Source of the DNA: Alicyclobacillus sp.
GTDB taxonomy: Bacteria > Bacillota > Bacilli > Alicyclobacillales > Alicyclobacillaceae
Assembly: GCA_023511295.1 (NCBI GenBank)
Contig: JAIMBT010000019.1
Span: forward strand, 4,241-68,240
DNA length: 64,000 nt
Reading direction: 5' to 3'
Part shown: positions 62,041 to 64,000 of the stretch, in pieces
How positions within the stretch are numbered: the stretch's first letter is position 1
Layout: every line of letters begins with the position of its first letter
Program-made: the position numbers and the translations under genes
Notes under the pieces: generated by a model
Databases searched by the model: none
What the model was told of the DNA's origin: nothing
What the model saw: only the letters and a program-made list of their open reading frames with translations

Positions 62041-62960
62041 CAACGGCTGTTGAAACGGTGCACTTGTCCAAGTCGTTTGCGGGCACGGCGGCTCTTCGCG
62101 ATATCTCGCTCGCAATTCCTTCGCAGTCCATCTACGGCGTGGTCGGCGCGAACGGCGCCGGCAAGTCCACGCTGCTGCGGACGGTCATCGGGCTGTATCG
62201 CCCGGACGCGGGGGACGTGCGCGTGTTTGGAACGTCGGTTCCGGCGGAGGCGGCGGCGCTTCGCCAGCGGATACAATACGTCTCGCCGGACAGCGCGCTG
62301 CCGGGTTCCTTTCGCGTCGACGAGATGATCCGCTTCACCCGCATGGTCTACGACCGATTCGACGCGGACCGCGCTCTGCGCCTCTTGAAGGCGCTCGAGT
62401 TGCCGGCGGATCGGCGAATCCGGGCGCTGTCCCTCGGCATGACGATGCAGTTGCGGCTGCTGCTGGCCCTGTCGACGCGGCCCGAACTGCTCCTGCTGGA
62501 TGAGCCCACCACCGGGCTCGATCCAGTCGTGCGCCGCCAGTTCCTGCAACTCATTCTGCAGGAGGCGAGCAGCGGACACACGACGGTGGTCCTCGCGACC
62601 CACCACTTGGCGGACGTCGAACGACTGGTCGACGGGATGGCCATCTTCTACGCCGGCCGGGTGGTTCGGCAGGGGATGATGGAGGAGCTGCAGCGCGGCA
62701 TCAAGCGCGTGCAGGCGCTGATAGACAAACCGATCTCGCTCTCAGAACAAGAGCTCAACCAGCTCCCGGACGTGCTGTCTCACGACCAGGTGGGGCGGGT
62801 ACACACGTTCGTGACGGACAAGAATCCAGAAGCCTTGGCGGCGAAGTTAACCGCAGCCGGTGCCTCGTTTGTCGAAGTGGTGAACGTGGACCTCGACGAG
62901 TTGTTCACGCACGTCATGCGTAAGGAGGGCTACGCCCGTGATGGCATCCTACTTTCCTAA
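62037..62960 (+). CDS. ABC transporter ATP-binding protein
   Basis: GTG 62037 overlaps the regulator stop (GTGA), after AGAAGGAGG. Walker A GANGAGKST, signature LSLGM, Walker B LLLLDEPT. Confidence 0.9.
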   Translation: MTTAVETVHLSKSFAGTAALRDISLAIPSQSIYGVVGANGAGKSTLLRTVIGLYRPDAGDVRVFGTSVPAEAAALRQRIQYVSPDSALPGSFRVDEMIRFTRMVYDRFDADRALRLLKALELPADRRIRALSLGMTMQLRLLLALSTRPELLLLDEPTTGLDPVVRRQFLQLILQEASSGHTTVVLATHHLADVERLVDGMAIFYAGRVVRQGMMEELQRGIKRVQALIDKPISLSEQELNQLPDVLSHDQVGRVHTFVTDKNPEALAAKLTAAGASFVEVVNVDLDELFTHVMRKEGYARDGILLS

Positions 62961-64000
62961 AGCTCTGTTGTACCGCGAGTGGCGCGAAGGCCGGTGGATT
63001 TACGCGCTCGCCGCACTCTTGACGCTGCTTCCTGGCCTCCTCGCGCTCGTGCACTACGCCACACTGCCGACCACCGGTCCGTTTGCGGCTTCTGCGCGCG
63101 CCAACTTCTGGGCCGATTTCCACCGCGACGCGGTGATGATGGCCAATCAGAACGTGGGCACGGTGTTTCTCATCTTGGCGTGGGTGGTCGTGCCGGCAGC
63201 CCGCGTGGTTCCCGAGCGCAGCCGGGGCACGCTCGACACCCTGCTGATGGCCCCCGTCCGGCGCGCGGACTGGATGCGCGTCAAGTTCTGGTTCGGGTTT
63301 GCGGCCCTGACAGCCGGCGCCCTCTTTGATTTCCTTCTGCTGTGGGCCGTGCATGTTCACGCGCCCGCTGCACAACCCACAACCACGGCCGACGTGTTTC
63401 GAGAAGCCGGGATTCACTGGGTCGTGTATCTCTCGCTCTACGCGATGTCGTTCTTCATCAGCCAGTGTGTGACGAACAGCGCCGGTGCCGCCGTCGTCTG
63501 TTTGGCGATCTCGATGGCCCCCGTCTGGCTGACCACGGTATTGAGCCGCATCGCGCCGGGTACCGTCGTGCAACAGGTACCCGTCGGATCAGATACTGGG
63601 TTTACGATGCGGCCGCCCGCCGGCACCTGGGGGTATGAACTCCAATGGGTGTCCCCGGTGCAGATGAATCTGGGGGATACCGGGTTCACGTGGCACAACC
63701 CGTTCCTGTACGGGTACCTCGCCCTCGCGGTGGTCTCCTACCTCGGCGCGATGGCCTATTTCCGCCGCATGCCCGCGGAGCGCTTCCACCACTTTCTAAC
63801 GCATCCGTCGTTCTGGTACTGGCTGTTGACCGGTGTGAGCCTGGTGATTGGCTCCGTCATCGGTTCTGTGGTCGCGGCGACGCAGACGGACCAGCCGGGC
63901 CAGCCGATTCCGGCGGCAGGCGAGCAGGCGCGCTACGCAACCGCGTATTTGGTGGGCATGCTGGTCTCCGCGCTCATCGTTTGGCTGGGGGCGTTCTTGG
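62941..64000 (+). CDS. Integral membrane protein (probable ABC-2-type permease partner), partial, runs off the window end
   Basis: The frame stays open from ATG 62941 (GTG 62938 is the alternative, after AAGGAGGG) to base 64000. It is absent from the ORF track because no stop is reached. Multiple hydrophobic segments. Overlaps the ATPase gene by 20 nt. Confidence 0.6.
   Translation, partial: MASYFPKALLYREWREGRWIYALAALLTLLPGLLALVHYATLPTTGPFAASARANFWADFHRDAVMMANQNVGTVFLILAWVVVPAARVVPERSRGTLDTLLMAPVRRADWMRVKFWFGFAALTAGALFDFLLLWAVHVHAPAAQPTTTADVFREAGIHWVVYLSLYAMSFFISQCVTNSAGAAVVCLAISMAPVWLTTVLSRIAPGTVVQQVPVGSDTGFTMRPPAGTWGYELQWVSPVQMNLGDTGFTWHNPFLYGYLALAVVSYLGAMAYFRRMPAERFHHFLTHPSFWYWLLTGVSLVIGSVIGSVVAATQTDQPGQPIPAAGEQARYATAYLVGMLVSALIVWLGAFL

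Noticed and set aside
1-64000. Mobile elements, prophage, restriction-modification, toxin-antitoxin or known defence systems.
   Set aside because: I found no transposase, integrase, recombinase, phage structural, methyltransferase, reverse transcriptase or cas-like sequences in any frame of the ORF track, and no terminal inverted repeats flanking the low-GC island. The yhaO/yhaN-like pair resembles a housekeeping DNA-repair operon rather than a defence module.

Overview
This is a 64-kb chromosomal window from a high-GC, spore-forming Firmicute. 60-nt lines I counted outside one island are 65-67% GC. It looks Bacillales-like: Tlp and a gamma-SASP-like spore protein, two orphan KinA/KinB-type histidine kinases, HemZ, HelD, YhaO/YhaN and LutABC. 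An Alicyclobacillaceae-type genome is my guess only. All family calls rest on motif and sequence recognition by eye; no searches were run.

I support about 55 densely packed protein genes, many translationally coupled, mostly metabolism and transport:
- APC permease
- RidA, pterin dehydratase and an AbgB-like amidohydrolase
- membrane hydroxylase plus aldehyde dehydrogenase
- lactate-oxidase-like gene plus lutABC
- proC and hemZ
- a lower-GC MurNAc island (MurR, CUT1-type ABC transporter, MurQ)
- an ECF sigma / anti-sigma operon
- a flippase with unknown neighbours
- SSS symporter, then nagA
- a GntR-controlled Dpp/Gsi-like peptide ABC system with ggt and a second binding protein
- helD, pepC, an MBL hydrolase and an Fe-ADH
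- a GPH transporter / PIG-L deacetylase / GH1 cluster
- an EEP nuclease/phosphatase and an S9 peptidase
- yhaO-yhaN-like genes followed by a lone pilT
- thioredoxin and a YtrA-type GntR-ABC module

I saw no rRNA, tRNA, CRISPR array, transposase, integrase or phage genes.

The most unusual content is non-coding or small:
- two clusters of DnaA-box-like 9-mers far from any dnaA gene, one with an exact 11-bp-phased sub-array
- a composite tandem-repeat block after ggt (an 11-bp microsatellite plus three ~125-133-bp units carrying seven GGAAC-N3-GTTCC palindromes)
- an orphan consensus promoter plus strong terminator unit upstream of pepC
- a repeat-built glutamine-rich gamma-SASP-like gene with a sigma-G-type promoter
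- a 27-bp perfect palindrome at the YtrA-like regulator promoter

I did not find a clear, self-contained novel multi-gene system such as a defence island. The candidates below are leads, not demonstrations.
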